From Sulfolobus acidocaldarius DSM 639 (GTDB lineage: Archaea; Thermoproteota; Thermoprotei_A; Sulfolobales; Sulfolobaceae), in the NCBI RefSeq assembly GCF_000012285.1, contig NC_007181.1, positions 2,010,001 to 2,042,000 on the forward strand: a DNA stretch of 32,000 nucleotides. The letters are read 5' to 3'. The translations under genes and the position numbers were made by a program. Each line of letters opens with the position of its first letter. Position 1 is the stretch's first letter. Shown here one piece after another: positions 9,340 through 17,844 of the stretch. The notes under the pieces were generated by a model, which saw only the letters and a list, made by a program, of their open reading frames with translations, searched no databases and was not told the DNA's origin.

Positions 9340-9966
9340 TTAGCTCTTTCTGTCCAAATAATATTTTACAGCCTTTTTTAGAGCCCTCCTCAGTATCTCC
9401 TCTAGCGTAGATGCCTTTATCCCCAATTTATTGGCTAATTCCTTCATCGAGATTTTCCTATCGACATCAAAATAGCCTGATTTGTAAGCCAATCTCAGGA
9501 TTTCCAATTGTCTATCTGTTAACTCGCTCTCGTCAATTTCTGATACATTGGCAACTGTAGCCTCTACTCTTATGCTGTTCAGTTCTTCTAAAAACTGTTT
9601 CAATGCAGAAAGATTTGGTAATAGAAGTTTATACATAACAGTAGCTTTACTTAACACCTTTACCTTTTCCACAATTAGGTCAGAGTGATAGAGTAGTTTA
9701 CAAACGCCGCAACCGTTTGTCCTTATCCAAATGGTATTTTCATTTATCCTTAAAGTTTTAAGAGACCTTCTCTTTAATTCCTTGAGTATATCATCGTTTA
9801 TCTTAAGGAATGCAATATGGTCAGTAACCTGATCCCTTAGCTTAACATTAGTTATCTGAGCCTTAATTTCATATTTTCTAAATATGTCTAAGACTTCGCA
9901 TGGGTGTTTATCCACTAGGAGTGTAACTTCAATGGGTCTCTTTGAGGCAAAGACCATATGTAACAA
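9340..9966 (-). CDS. HTH_10 (bacterio-opsin-activator-type) transcriptional regulator
   Basis: The C-terminal LTDRQLEILRLAYKSGYFDVDRKISMKELANKLGIKASTLEEILRRALKK matches the HTH_10 pattern well. The longest ORF starts at TTG 9966. The ATG at 9957 (MVFASKRPIEV...) is the more likely start. A CGVC pair sits in the N-terminal domain. Confidence 0.8.
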   Translation of the reverse strand: MLHMVFASKRPIEVTLLVDKHPCEVLDIFRKYEIKAQITNVKLRDQVTDHIAFLKINDDILKELKRRSLKTLRINENTIWIRTNGCGVCKLLYHSDLIVEKVKVLSKATVMYKLLLPNLSALKQFLEELNSIRVEATVANVSEIDESELTDRQLEILRLAYKSGYFDVDRKISMKELANKLGIKASTLEEILRRALKKAVKYYLDRKS

Positions 9967-9982
9967 CTCTTTCTAAAAAAGA

Positions 9983-10330
9983 TTATTTTGTTAACAAACT
10001 TTCAATATACTCCTTTAAAACTACCGCATTATTGTAAGGCGATTTAGTGGCATATAGGAATGTAACATTTTCGCTTCTCCTTATTACCTCGATTAAGACT
10101 TTGACCTTAGGGTTACTTCTAAGCTCCTCCATATACTTGTGCTTAAACTCTTCCCACTTTTCAGGTTCATGATTAAACCATTTCCTTAACTCATCTGATG
10201 GAGCAATATCTTTCATCCAAATATCCACTAGATCTTTCTTTACTCCTCTAGGCCATAATCGGTCAATCAATATTCTGACCCCATCATCAGATTCAGGTGC
10301 GTCATAAACTCGCTTGACCTTAATCATCAT
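9983..10330 (-). CDS. DUF488 (YeaO-like) family protein
   Basis: 115 aa. [31 protein letters not shown]...[26 protein letters not shown] is the characteristic DUF488 N-terminal signature. Confidence 0.8.
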   Translation of the reverse strand: MMIKVKRVYDAPESDDGVRILIDRLWPRGVKKDLVDIWMKDIAPSDELRKWFNHEPEKWEEFKHKYMEELRSNPKVKVLIEVIRRSENVTFLYATKSPYNNAVVLKEYIESLLTK

Positions 10331-10632
10331 ATTTCCTATTAGAAAACAAAATTAATAAACAATTACCCTGAGTGTTTAGGTCTTCCCACTTGAAGTTTAG
10401 TCTCCATGTTCGTTTAAGGACGTTAAAACTCGACTCAGAACATGGTTTTTGTAGAGCCTACAAATATCTTATAAGCAATGGAGGTACGCACTATTCAATC
10501 TTAAACAAGCAGTAGGTCTAGCTGATTTATCGTTAACATGACACAATCGTGACAACTACTTCAATGCAAAATAAAGTAGTATTAAATTAACACAGGAAAA
10601 TAATAAATTAGAAAATTAAAGAGAATAAGAAC

Positions 10633-11421
10633 ATGATTTTAAAAAAGGGACGTGCTGAGGCTGAGATTCTAAATAAGGGAGCCTACCTTTACTCATTTAA
10701 AATCAATGGGAAAGATCTAGTTCTCCAGGGAAATACTGATAGAGTTACAAGAGGTGGCATGGCAGTCCTAATACCCTTTGCTAACAGGATAAAGGGTGGA
10801 GAGTACATATTCGATGGGATTAAGTATGAGTTACCCAAGAACAAAGAAGGAAATGCCATTCATGGACTGGTCTTAGATAAAGAGTTTTCAGTTATACATA
10901 AGGAAAGGGACTTCGTGATCCTAAACTATCTCTTGGAGGATAAGGGTTATCCTACAAAGTTGAATTGCCTAGTCCTGTATAAGCTGTTCCAGAATGGTTT
11001 TATGAATAAGATAGTAGTTCAGAATGTTGGAGACAAAAGAGCACCCTTAACAGTGGGAACACATCCATATTTTGTGGTTTCCAGTGACTGGGAAATAATT
11101 ACACAGAGAGAAGTAAGGAAACTAGAGAGTATTGACAATATACCAACAGGGGAAATAAAACAGGTTAAGCTAAGTCACGGGGAATACGATGACTGTTTTA
11201 TCGTGAGAGGAGATATAATTTTGAAATCGTCTTATTCCACAGTGAAAATAACTAGGAGGAAAAACCTAAATTACATTCAAATATATACTGGCGTTAAAGG
11301 AGCTGTTGCCATTGAGCCAATGAGTGGAGCTCCAGACGCTTTCCATAATAAGATGGGTATTAAGGTAATTAAACCAGCACAAAAACACGAATTCTCTTAT
11401 GAAGTGAGATTTTATCCTTAA
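10633..11421 (+). CDS. aldose 1-epimerase (galactose mutarotase-like) family protein
   Basis: 262 aa, ATG start. Motifs: GGMAVLIPFANRIKGG, NAIHGLV, GTHPYF, AIEPMSGAPDAFHN. Confidence 0.8.
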   Translation: MILKKGRAEAEILNKGAYLYSFKINGKDLVLQGNTDRVTRGGMAVLIPFANRIKGGEYIFDGIKYELPKNKEGNAIHGLVLDKEFSVIHKERDFVILNYLLEDKGYPTKLNCLVLYKLFQNGFMNKIVVQNVGDKRAPLTVGTHPYFVVSSDWEIITQREVRKLESIDNIPTGEIKQVKLSHGEYDDCFIVRGDIILKSSYSTVKITRRKNLNYIQIYTGVKGAVAIEPMSGAPDAFHNKMGIKVIKPAQKHEFSYEVRFYP

Positions 11422-11718
11422 TAAACATCTAAGTAGTAAATTGTAAATTTTTATTTCATGGAAGTTTCTCTCTTGTCATATAGGAAATTAATATCAAGAA
11501 ACATATGAATTATAGCTCACTAGTATAAAAGAATGAATTACATAAAGTTGAAAATATAAAAAATGGAGGCGAGAAGATCGCTTCACCTTCTTGTCCCTAT
11601 AAATAGCCTCACCCTAAAAATACTTTATTTAATGTAAAGAAAATTCAATTTATATCAAAATAATCAAATTATTGTTCACACATAAGCTTATTTAATATGC
11701 ATTTGTAATACGTATATT

Positions 11719-12729
11719 GTGAATAAAAACGAGATATGGAATAGAAGAATAATACCTATTATAGAAATTTTCGCTTCGCCTTACTCAGTTATTAGAAAAA
11801 TATACTTACAATTATTAATGCTAAGTATTGTAGTATATATTATAGCCTTAATATTTGTTTATTATCAGCATTTAGATTGGATATCTGCAATTTATGCCGC
11901 AGTTAATGTTATAACAACTGTCGGACTTTACGCTCCGAATATCTACTCTATGCCGTCCCAAGAGAAGCTATTCCTAACTTTGAGCATTATCTTCAGTGTA
12001 GGACTATTTGCGAGTATTGCACAAACTTTAATTCTAACAATTGTGAATAGAAATACTTGGATTGACGCTAGGGCTAGATGGAGAGGTAAACATATGAGAG
12101 GTCATGTTATAGTACTAGGGAATTCAAGAAGTGTATTGTCTGCTGTGAAGAAGCTAGAGGAATTAGACAAGGACTATGTTGTAGTCACAAATAGTCAAGA
12201 AATTTACAAATTATTAAAGGGAGATAAGGTAATCTTGGGAGATCCTAAAAATGAGGATAATTTACTAAGTGTAGGCATCAATAATGCTGAGTCAGCTATA
12301 ATAGCTATGGATGATGACTCAGAGACCCTTCTACTAACCTTGAAAGTACAGAAAATGAATCCACCACTAACAATAGTTACAGTCGTTAAGGACTCCTCAA
12401 TGATGGATATCATGAGGACAGCCGGAGCTGATATTATCATTCCGTTTGAGGAAGTTTTAGGGAGGATGATGGCTTCAGCCTCGGTATCTAAGCAATTCGC
12501 TGGTATGATTTATCCTACAAATGGCAGGGAATTTGCAATAGGAGTTTTTGAAGTTAAAAGAATTATAAAACTTAAAGATTTACCTAACGATGTTATACCA
12601 ATAGCGATATTAAAGGATGGTAAACTGGATCCTTATTTTGAAAAAGATACTGAAGTTAAAGAGGGACAAGTTCTATTTGTTTTAGGTGACCCGTCCAAAT
12701 TCAAGGAAGTTAACAAGCTAATTCAGTGA
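11719..12729 (+). CDS. two-TM potassium-channel-like protein with a cytoplasmic RCK/TrkA (NAD-binding-fold) domain and a TrkA-C-like tail
   Basis: The layout is TM1 (LMLSIVVYIIALIFVYY), pore helix plus filter (WISAIYAAVNVITTVGLYAP), TM2 (LFLTLSIIFSVGLFASIAQTLILTIV), then a Rossmann-like HVIVLGNSRSVLSAVKKL. The start is GTG, with a TATA-like tatttaatat about 25 nt upstream. Confidence 0.8.
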   Translation: MNKNEIWNRRIIPIIEIFASPYSVIRKIYLQLLMLSIVVYIIALIFVYYQHLDWISAIYAAVNVITTVGLYAPNIYSMPSQEKLFLTLSIIFSVGLFASIAQTLILTIVNRNTWIDARARWRGKHMRGHVIVLGNSRSVLSAVKKLEELDKDYVVVTNSQEIYKLLKGDKVILGDPKNEDNLLSVGINNAESAIIAMDDDSETLLLTLKVQKMNPPLTIVTVVKDSSMMDIMRTAGADIIIPFEEVLGRMMASASVSKQFAGMIYPTNGREFAIGVFEVKRIIKLKDLPNDVIPIAILKDGKLDPYFEKDTEVKEGQVLFVLGDPSKFKEVNKLIQ

Positions 12730-13316
12730 TACGTAAATAAAAATACATGACTAGTATTAAAAAAGCTTGAATCCCAGATTAGCAAATGTGACCTCACCTC
12801 TTATGAAGCAAGAAAGACAGTAACAAGATTACTAAAAAGCTTCTTTGTATTATATAAAAAATATAATTTATTCAAAATGTATGAGTATAAGTGAAAACTA
12901 AATTGAATTTTATGAATGAAATTATGATTCACATGTATTAGAAATGTACTTTAACTCATGCCTTATAAAGCCAATCACTCTTATGACTTTCTTCCAGTTT
13001 AACAAATAAAGACAATTACTATCTTAGGATAACTGGAACGGATTTCCCCTAATGAGCAATTTATACTACCTTTACATAACCTGTTTAAACAAGGCTAGAC
13101 CTTAAGTTTAGCCTGGCGCTTTATTTTTAAAAGTGTCCTCACGTTTTCTTATACCTTAAGTATGAGATGCCATAAAAACCTCATTAAGTCAAATACTAGA
13201 TAGTTAACTTATTCGGACCTTAAATTATTGTGCTTTAAAAAGGTAATTACGACAATTGTTAATGAACTTAAGAGAGTGAAACACCAAAGATAACAGTTAA
13301 GCCCGTCTAACATATG

Positions 13317-13946
13317 TTAAATGCTGAGGATTTTGACCGCATTACTTAGTATTTCCTTATCCATAATCTCTTGAAAGGGGACATAAGGATAATGGCTCCC
13401 AAATATCAATTTTTCTCTAGGAAATGTTTTAATTACATTCTGTGGAACAGAGGAGATGTCACCGTACACATTATTCAGTTTAAGGAGTTCTCTTGCCTCA
13501 TTAACATAATTTGGATAACCTAGACTTATCAAGACTACTTTTAACCTGAAATTCTTGAGAACTTCAGTTAGTTTAGAGGGATCTCCCTTACCTCTACCTG
13601 TGTAAATAAATAGGGGTAGATCGTGGTCTTCAGCGAACTGATAAACGTCATCAGCTTTATCAAGATCAAAGTCATGATTGATTGGATTTAAGACAATTCC
13701 CACTATTCCCTTATCTAGTTGTCTCCCAAGTTCAACCCCTGCAGGAACTCTGCACTTTAAATTATATATTCCTAGTTGAAGGTAATCTCTACCTTTATTC
13801 CAGAGGTATTGCTGATAGAAACCGTCAACACAGCAATTACATGAGTACTTATATGATGGGTTTAAAACAACGTAATCGAAGTTGTCCCTAATCTCTTTAG
13901 CATTTACACCGTATATACCGAGATGCTGATGTGTATCAATTTTCAT
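13317..13946 (-). CDS. small TIM-barrel metal-dependent hydrolase (amidohydrolase-2-like)
   Basis: 209 aa, ATG start. It has the N-terminal metal motif MKIDTHQHLG and the C-terminal IFGSHYPYVP, where the family usually reads GSDxP. The short length and this His-for-Asp substitution make the function uncertain. Confidence 0.6.
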   Translation of the reverse strand: MKIDTHQHLGIYGVNAKEIRDNFDYVVLNPSYKYSCNCCVDGFYQQYLWNKGRDYLQLGIYNLKCRVPAGVELGRQLDKGIVGIVLNPINHDFDLDKADDVYQFAEDHDLPLFIYTGRGKGDPSKLTEVLKNFRLKVVLISLGYPNYVNEARELLKLNNVYGDISSVPQNVIKTFPREKLIFGSHYPYVPFQEIMDKEILSNAVKILSI

Positions 13947-14539
13947 AGTGACTATATCCTAATCTAACTAATAAAAATCATTTTACATTGAAGTAATTAA
14001 TACTCGTAAGGGATAGATATACTTTAATAGTCATCTAGATAAAAGATAATATATATAGCCATTATTATCTTACACGATTGGCTAGTGCAGGAATAACATT
14101 AGGTGAATTTATCCACACTCTCATGGGTTAATACTCTATTATTCAATAGATTTACACAAAGACAACAACCTGCTTCCATTCTGAATTACCGTCGTTATGA
14201 TCCAAATTATAAGTAATGCAGACTCTTATTAAAAAATCCTGAGATCTAAGATCAACGCAAACTTATCCTGAGGAAAATAAAAGGAGGAGGAAATGAACGA
14301 GATAAAAAGGAATGGACTAAAGCAGACAATAGCTCTTACTGAAAACCTCATGTTTAAAGGAACAGAGATATTTTACTTATTACAATATTTATTTTAACAT
14401 TACCTTATGATAGTAGCTGATCATATATAATTTTGCACGTAGCCGTCTGTATTAATGATTATATAATTTTTTTATATAAAAATAACTAAATACTTAAGGT
14501 TTTAATATTTTAGGTTTTTAAATAATATAATGAGAGGGT

Positions 14540-15484
14540 TTGAAGGAAAAATTACTTGAATTCAGAAGTGAAGGAGTAATCCATAAGAAGTTCAAGGCAA
14601 CCTCAGTAGGATATGACTGGAACACATTCCCCATGAAACTTTACCAAATAGGCAAGAGGCTATTCTGGGATCCAGCAAAGATAGATTTCTCAAAAGACAA
14701 GGAGGACTGGAAAAAACTAAGTAAAGATGAGAAGAATTACCTTCTGAACATAGTCTCACTCTTCATGGCAGGGGAAGAAGCAGTGGCAGTTGATATTACT
14801 CCCTTAATATCAACGATGATTAATGAGGGAAGGGTCGAAGATGTAATATATCTAGAACAGTTTGCCTTTGAGGAGGCTAAGCATGCAGAGGCATTTAGAA
14901 GATTTTGTGATTCATTAGAGATAAATGACGACTTGACAATCTTTACCACAGAGTACAATCCGTGGTATCAGAAAATTTTCTATGAGGAACTACCAAGCGT
15001 AATGTGGAAATTAAGAGTAGATCCATCCCCTGAGAATTTAGCAGTAGCAGTTACAACTTATAACCTTTATGTTGAAGGAGTGGCCGCTGAAAGTGGGTAT
15101 AAGACCTTTAAGCACATATTTAATAGCCTAAATATAATGCCTGGGCTATCAAAGACCGTAAATCTAATTGCCACAGACGAATCTAGGCATATAGCTTACG
15201 GAACTTATTTGATAACCAGGCTTATAGTGGAGAACGGTGAGAGTATCTACAGAAAGGCAATAGAGCAATTCAACAAACTTGTTGGGATAGTTCAATCTCT
15301 AACCAGACCACTAGCTAAATTACCTTTTGGATTGACCCCTGATTTCACCATAGAAAATAGGAAACAATTAGTGAACGCAAGGTTAACGGTAATTGAGAGA
15401 GCTCTTAAGATGACTCCTGAGCAGGTCAAAAGTTTTTCGCCAAAAGACTTAGGGGTCATAGAGGAGATTAAGCTGGACAAATAA
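14540..15484 (+). CDS. R2-like ligand-binding oxidase (ribonucleotide reductase small-subunit superfamily, ferritin-like di-metal carboxylate protein)
   Basis: 314 aa. The two ExxH metal motifs are EEAKHAEAF and DESRHIAYG, plus the carboxylates in MAGEEAVAVD and VEGVAAESGY. The N-terminal GYDWNTFPMKLY...FWDPAKIDFSKDKEDWKKLSKDEKNY resembles R2lox proteins as I remember them. No class I large subunit is nearby. The start is TTG, with a TATA-like tttttaaata about 22 nt upstream. Confidence 0.75.
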   Translation: MKEKLLEFRSEGVIHKKFKATSVGYDWNTFPMKLYQIGKRLFWDPAKIDFSKDKEDWKKLSKDEKNYLLNIVSLFMAGEEAVAVDITPLISTMINEGRVEDVIYLEQFAFEEAKHAEAFRRFCDSLEINDDLTIFTTEYNPWYQKIFYEELPSVMWKLRVDPSPENLAVAVTTYNLYVEGVAAESGYKTFKHIFNSLNIMPGLSKTVNLIATDESRHIAYGTYLITRLIVENGESIYRKAIEQFNKLVGIVQSLTRPLAKLPFGLTPDFTIENRKQLVNARLTVIERALKMTPEQVKSFSPKDLGVIEEIKLDK

Positions 15485-15504
15485 GAAATGATAAAGACAA
15501 AAGA

Positions 15505-15510
15505 TTTTTT
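15505..15510. terminator. oligo-T/A tract between convergent genes
   Basis: A T6 run sits in the 64-nt gap between the R2lox stop (15484) and the permease stop (15549). Confidence 0.25.
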
Positions 15511-15548
15511 CCTTATCTTCAGTTATTTTTGATGAAAACGTTTTTACA

Positions 15549-17396
15549 TCAGTCCTGTTGTGCCTGTTCTCTCACTATATTTTCAATTTCCTCAGTCCTG
15601 AAGCCACTGTAAACTGCTAAGTAATGGAACACTAGACCTATAATAACCACTAGTATGGTATCATAGGGGAAAGGTACTATAGGGCTACTAAGTAGTCCAA
15701 AATTGCCAATGAAACTCATCACATATGTTGCCAGAATCAAGCCTATAAGCCAAAGACCACTCTTTATGTACTTTCTGCCCGTCTCGTTAACAGCCAAATA
15801 TCCAATCAGGCTAGGAATTATTGACATTCCAAGAAAGCCTAAGAAATACATTATAAAGCTCCCAATCAAATTATAAGAGGAATTCAAAATATTTACGTAT
15901 GCAAAATAAGCTAAGAGTATGTTGGATAAGAGTTGAAGCAATCCTAAAGTTACTCCAAGTGCTCTATTCATATTTAATTCCTTAACTGCGTAATATATCC
16001 AGAATATTGGCACTAGAATGAACAGGGATGTCAGCACATAAAATATGGTCGTAAAACCTGACCAGTATGCTACCAGCATTGCCGACACAGTAGCTATGGG
16101 TGCAATAACCTTACTTCCTGCTAGCTTCACTGGTCTCCTAAGATCAGGAGCAGTTCTTCTCAATGTCTGTAGACCTATGCCACCCATTACGTAAGTGAAA
16201 ACTGTAGCCAATGAACTAAAATTCACAAATAAATACCAACTAGGGAATGGTAGTAAGAACAGTATTCCTACGACGAGTGTTGCAATGAGGGAGAAGATTG
16301 GTATTTTGTATTTATTAAGTCTCAGGAAGAACTCAGGAAAGTACCTATCTGCGGCTATTCCGTAGAAAGTCCTTGTGGTGGTACCAATGTACACTAGACC
16401 AGTACCACTGGGAGAAATTACCGCGTCTACGAGTAAAGCATAACCCCAATATACTAATAACGCTAAACCTAAAGCTTTTCCACTATTCTCTAGTTCGTTA
16501 TAGAAGGGTCCACTTGCCCATGAGCTAGAAGTAAGAGCGGTCCAGTTACCAGGTGTTGAAATACCTGCTGAGGTCCAGTCTAACGCTCCAATAAAAGCTA
16601 TTTGAAGTAGTGTATAAATTATGATGGCTATTGCTAGTGAGATAACTATTGCCCTTCCGATGTCCCTTTGAGGATTTTTTGCCTCTCCGGCATACTCCAC
16701 TGGTTGCCTAAATCCTAGATAAGCATATACTATACCACTAGCAGGTATTGCATAAAATACATCTATTAAGCCATTTGAATTACCGGTTGGTAGGAAACCA
16801 TAAGATGTGAAATTCTTTGAATTAAACGCAAAAAATAGTAATATAAAAGTTACAGTTGGAACTACTAACTTCCATATTGTTATACCAGTGTTAGTTTTAC
16901 CAAGTGCTTTTATCCCAAAATAGTTAACAAGAAAGAAGACCACCATTAGACAAATAGCCAAAAGAATTCCATATACTGTGAGTACATTCACACCGTTAAC
17001 AGATGTGGTTAGAAAGTTAAGTGGGCTAATTGAGGCTAGATATTCAACAACGGCTTCAGCCTCTATTGAAGGAGTAGTCACTGCAGATATCAGGTACAGT
17101 ACAGCTAACATATAACCAGCGTAACTTCCATGGCTATAATGAGGATATCTTACAATTCCTCCACTTCTCGGAACAGCAGTACCTAATTCAGCATAAGCCA
17201 GACCAATGAATATTATTAGTATACCGCCAATTACCCAGGAAAGTACAGCTGAAGGTCCAGCGATAGACGCTGCACTTAACGCTGAAAATAACCAAGCAGA
17301 TCCTATGATCCCTCCTAACGCCAATGATACTAGATCAATTAAGGTTAGCTCTCTTCTAAGTTGTTTATCTGTATTAAGGGTCTTCTCCTCTCCCAT
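15549..17396 (-). CDS. APC-superfamily amino acid permease (large, 615 aa)
   Basis: ATG start. It has at least 12 hydrophobic helices plus additional C-terminal helices. The N-terminal LRRELTLIDLVSLALGGIIGSAW segment is typical of APC permeases. Confidence 0.85.
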   Translation of the reverse strand: MGEEKTLNTDKQLRRELTLIDLVSLALGGIIGSAWLFSALSAASIAGPSAVLSWVIGGILIIFIGLAYAELGTAVPRSGGIVRYPHYSHGSYAGYMLAVLYLISAVTTPSIEAEAVVEYLASISPLNFLTTSVNGVNVLTVYGILLAICLMVVFFLVNYFGIKALGKTNTGITIWKLVVPTVTFILLFFAFNSKNFTSYGFLPTGNSNGLIDVFYAIPASGIVYAYLGFRQPVEYAGEAKNPQRDIGRAIVISLAIAIIIYTLLQIAFIGALDWTSAGISTPGNWTALTSSSWASGPFYNELENSGKALGLALLVYWGYALLVDAVISPSGTGLVYIGTTTRTFYGIAADRYFPEFFLRLNKYKIPIFSLIATLVVGILFLLPFPSWYLFVNFSSLATVFTYVMGGIGLQTLRRTAPDLRRPVKLAGSKVIAPIATVSAMLVAYWSGFTTIFYVLTSLFILVPIFWIYYAVKELNMNRALGVTLGLLQLLSNILLAYFAYVNILNSSYNLIGSFIMYFLGFLGMSIIPSLIGYLAVNETGRKYIKSGLWLIGLILATYVMSFIGNFGLLSSPIVPFPYDTILVVIIGLVFHYLAVYSGFRTEEIENIVREQAQQD

Positions 17397-17844
17397 AAGT
17401 TTTTAACATGGTAAAAATTTTTTTAAAATTATCTGAAATCAAGTGGTTCGATTCTTATCATAACGCCCTAAAACCGGTTAAATATTCAATCCTCTACATC
17501 TGTTTTTTATGACAATATTCAGACAATGAAATTGGTATCGATTCTGTACTATTTCAATTAACTCAAGAGTATAGTTTAAATCTATTTCTCTAAAAAATTT
17601 CTACATTCATGTTTCTTCGGGTCATTTCACAATTTATCCTGTTATGTGTAAGAATTCAGTAGATTCGTCTTATACACTTAACAGGAAATATCAGTATCTT
17701 AAGATATATCGTTATTAATTTAAAAACACTAAAATATTCTAACCCCATAAGATAAAGAGTAAAACAATAAATGTATATGTGAGATTAAAACTGTATTGTA
17801 AAGTTTTAAAAACATGGAATAAAATATAAACTTGGTGTATAGTT

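Noticed and set aside
14293-14397. A 34-aa ORF (MNEIKRNGLKQTIALTENLMFKGTEIFYLLQYLF) preceded by aaggaggagg.
   Set aside because: The purine-rich upstream run is suggestive, but the peptide has no recognisable features and I cannot assess conservation. It is left unannotated.
12846-14480. An apparent inverted similarity (ttatataaaaaa) between the two long flanks of the amidohydrolase gene, which could have marked a mobile cassette.
   Set aside because: Only a 12-nt, pure A/T match is present and the similarity does not extend. It is low-complexity coincidence.
17445-17454. ggttcgattc, resembling a tRNA T-arm/T-loop (possible tRNA remnant or att site).
   Set aside because: The flanking sequence cannot form T-stem, acceptor or anticodon arms. 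A 10-nt resemblance with one deviation is not enough.
17784-17792. The 9-mer attaaaact is shared upstream of aceB (17784-17792) and aceA (20755-20763), a possible common regulatory box.
   Set aside because: Only 9 nt are identical and the sequence is A/T-dominated. The distances to the start codons differ (about 60 versus 49 nt). A chance match is quite likely in these spacers.
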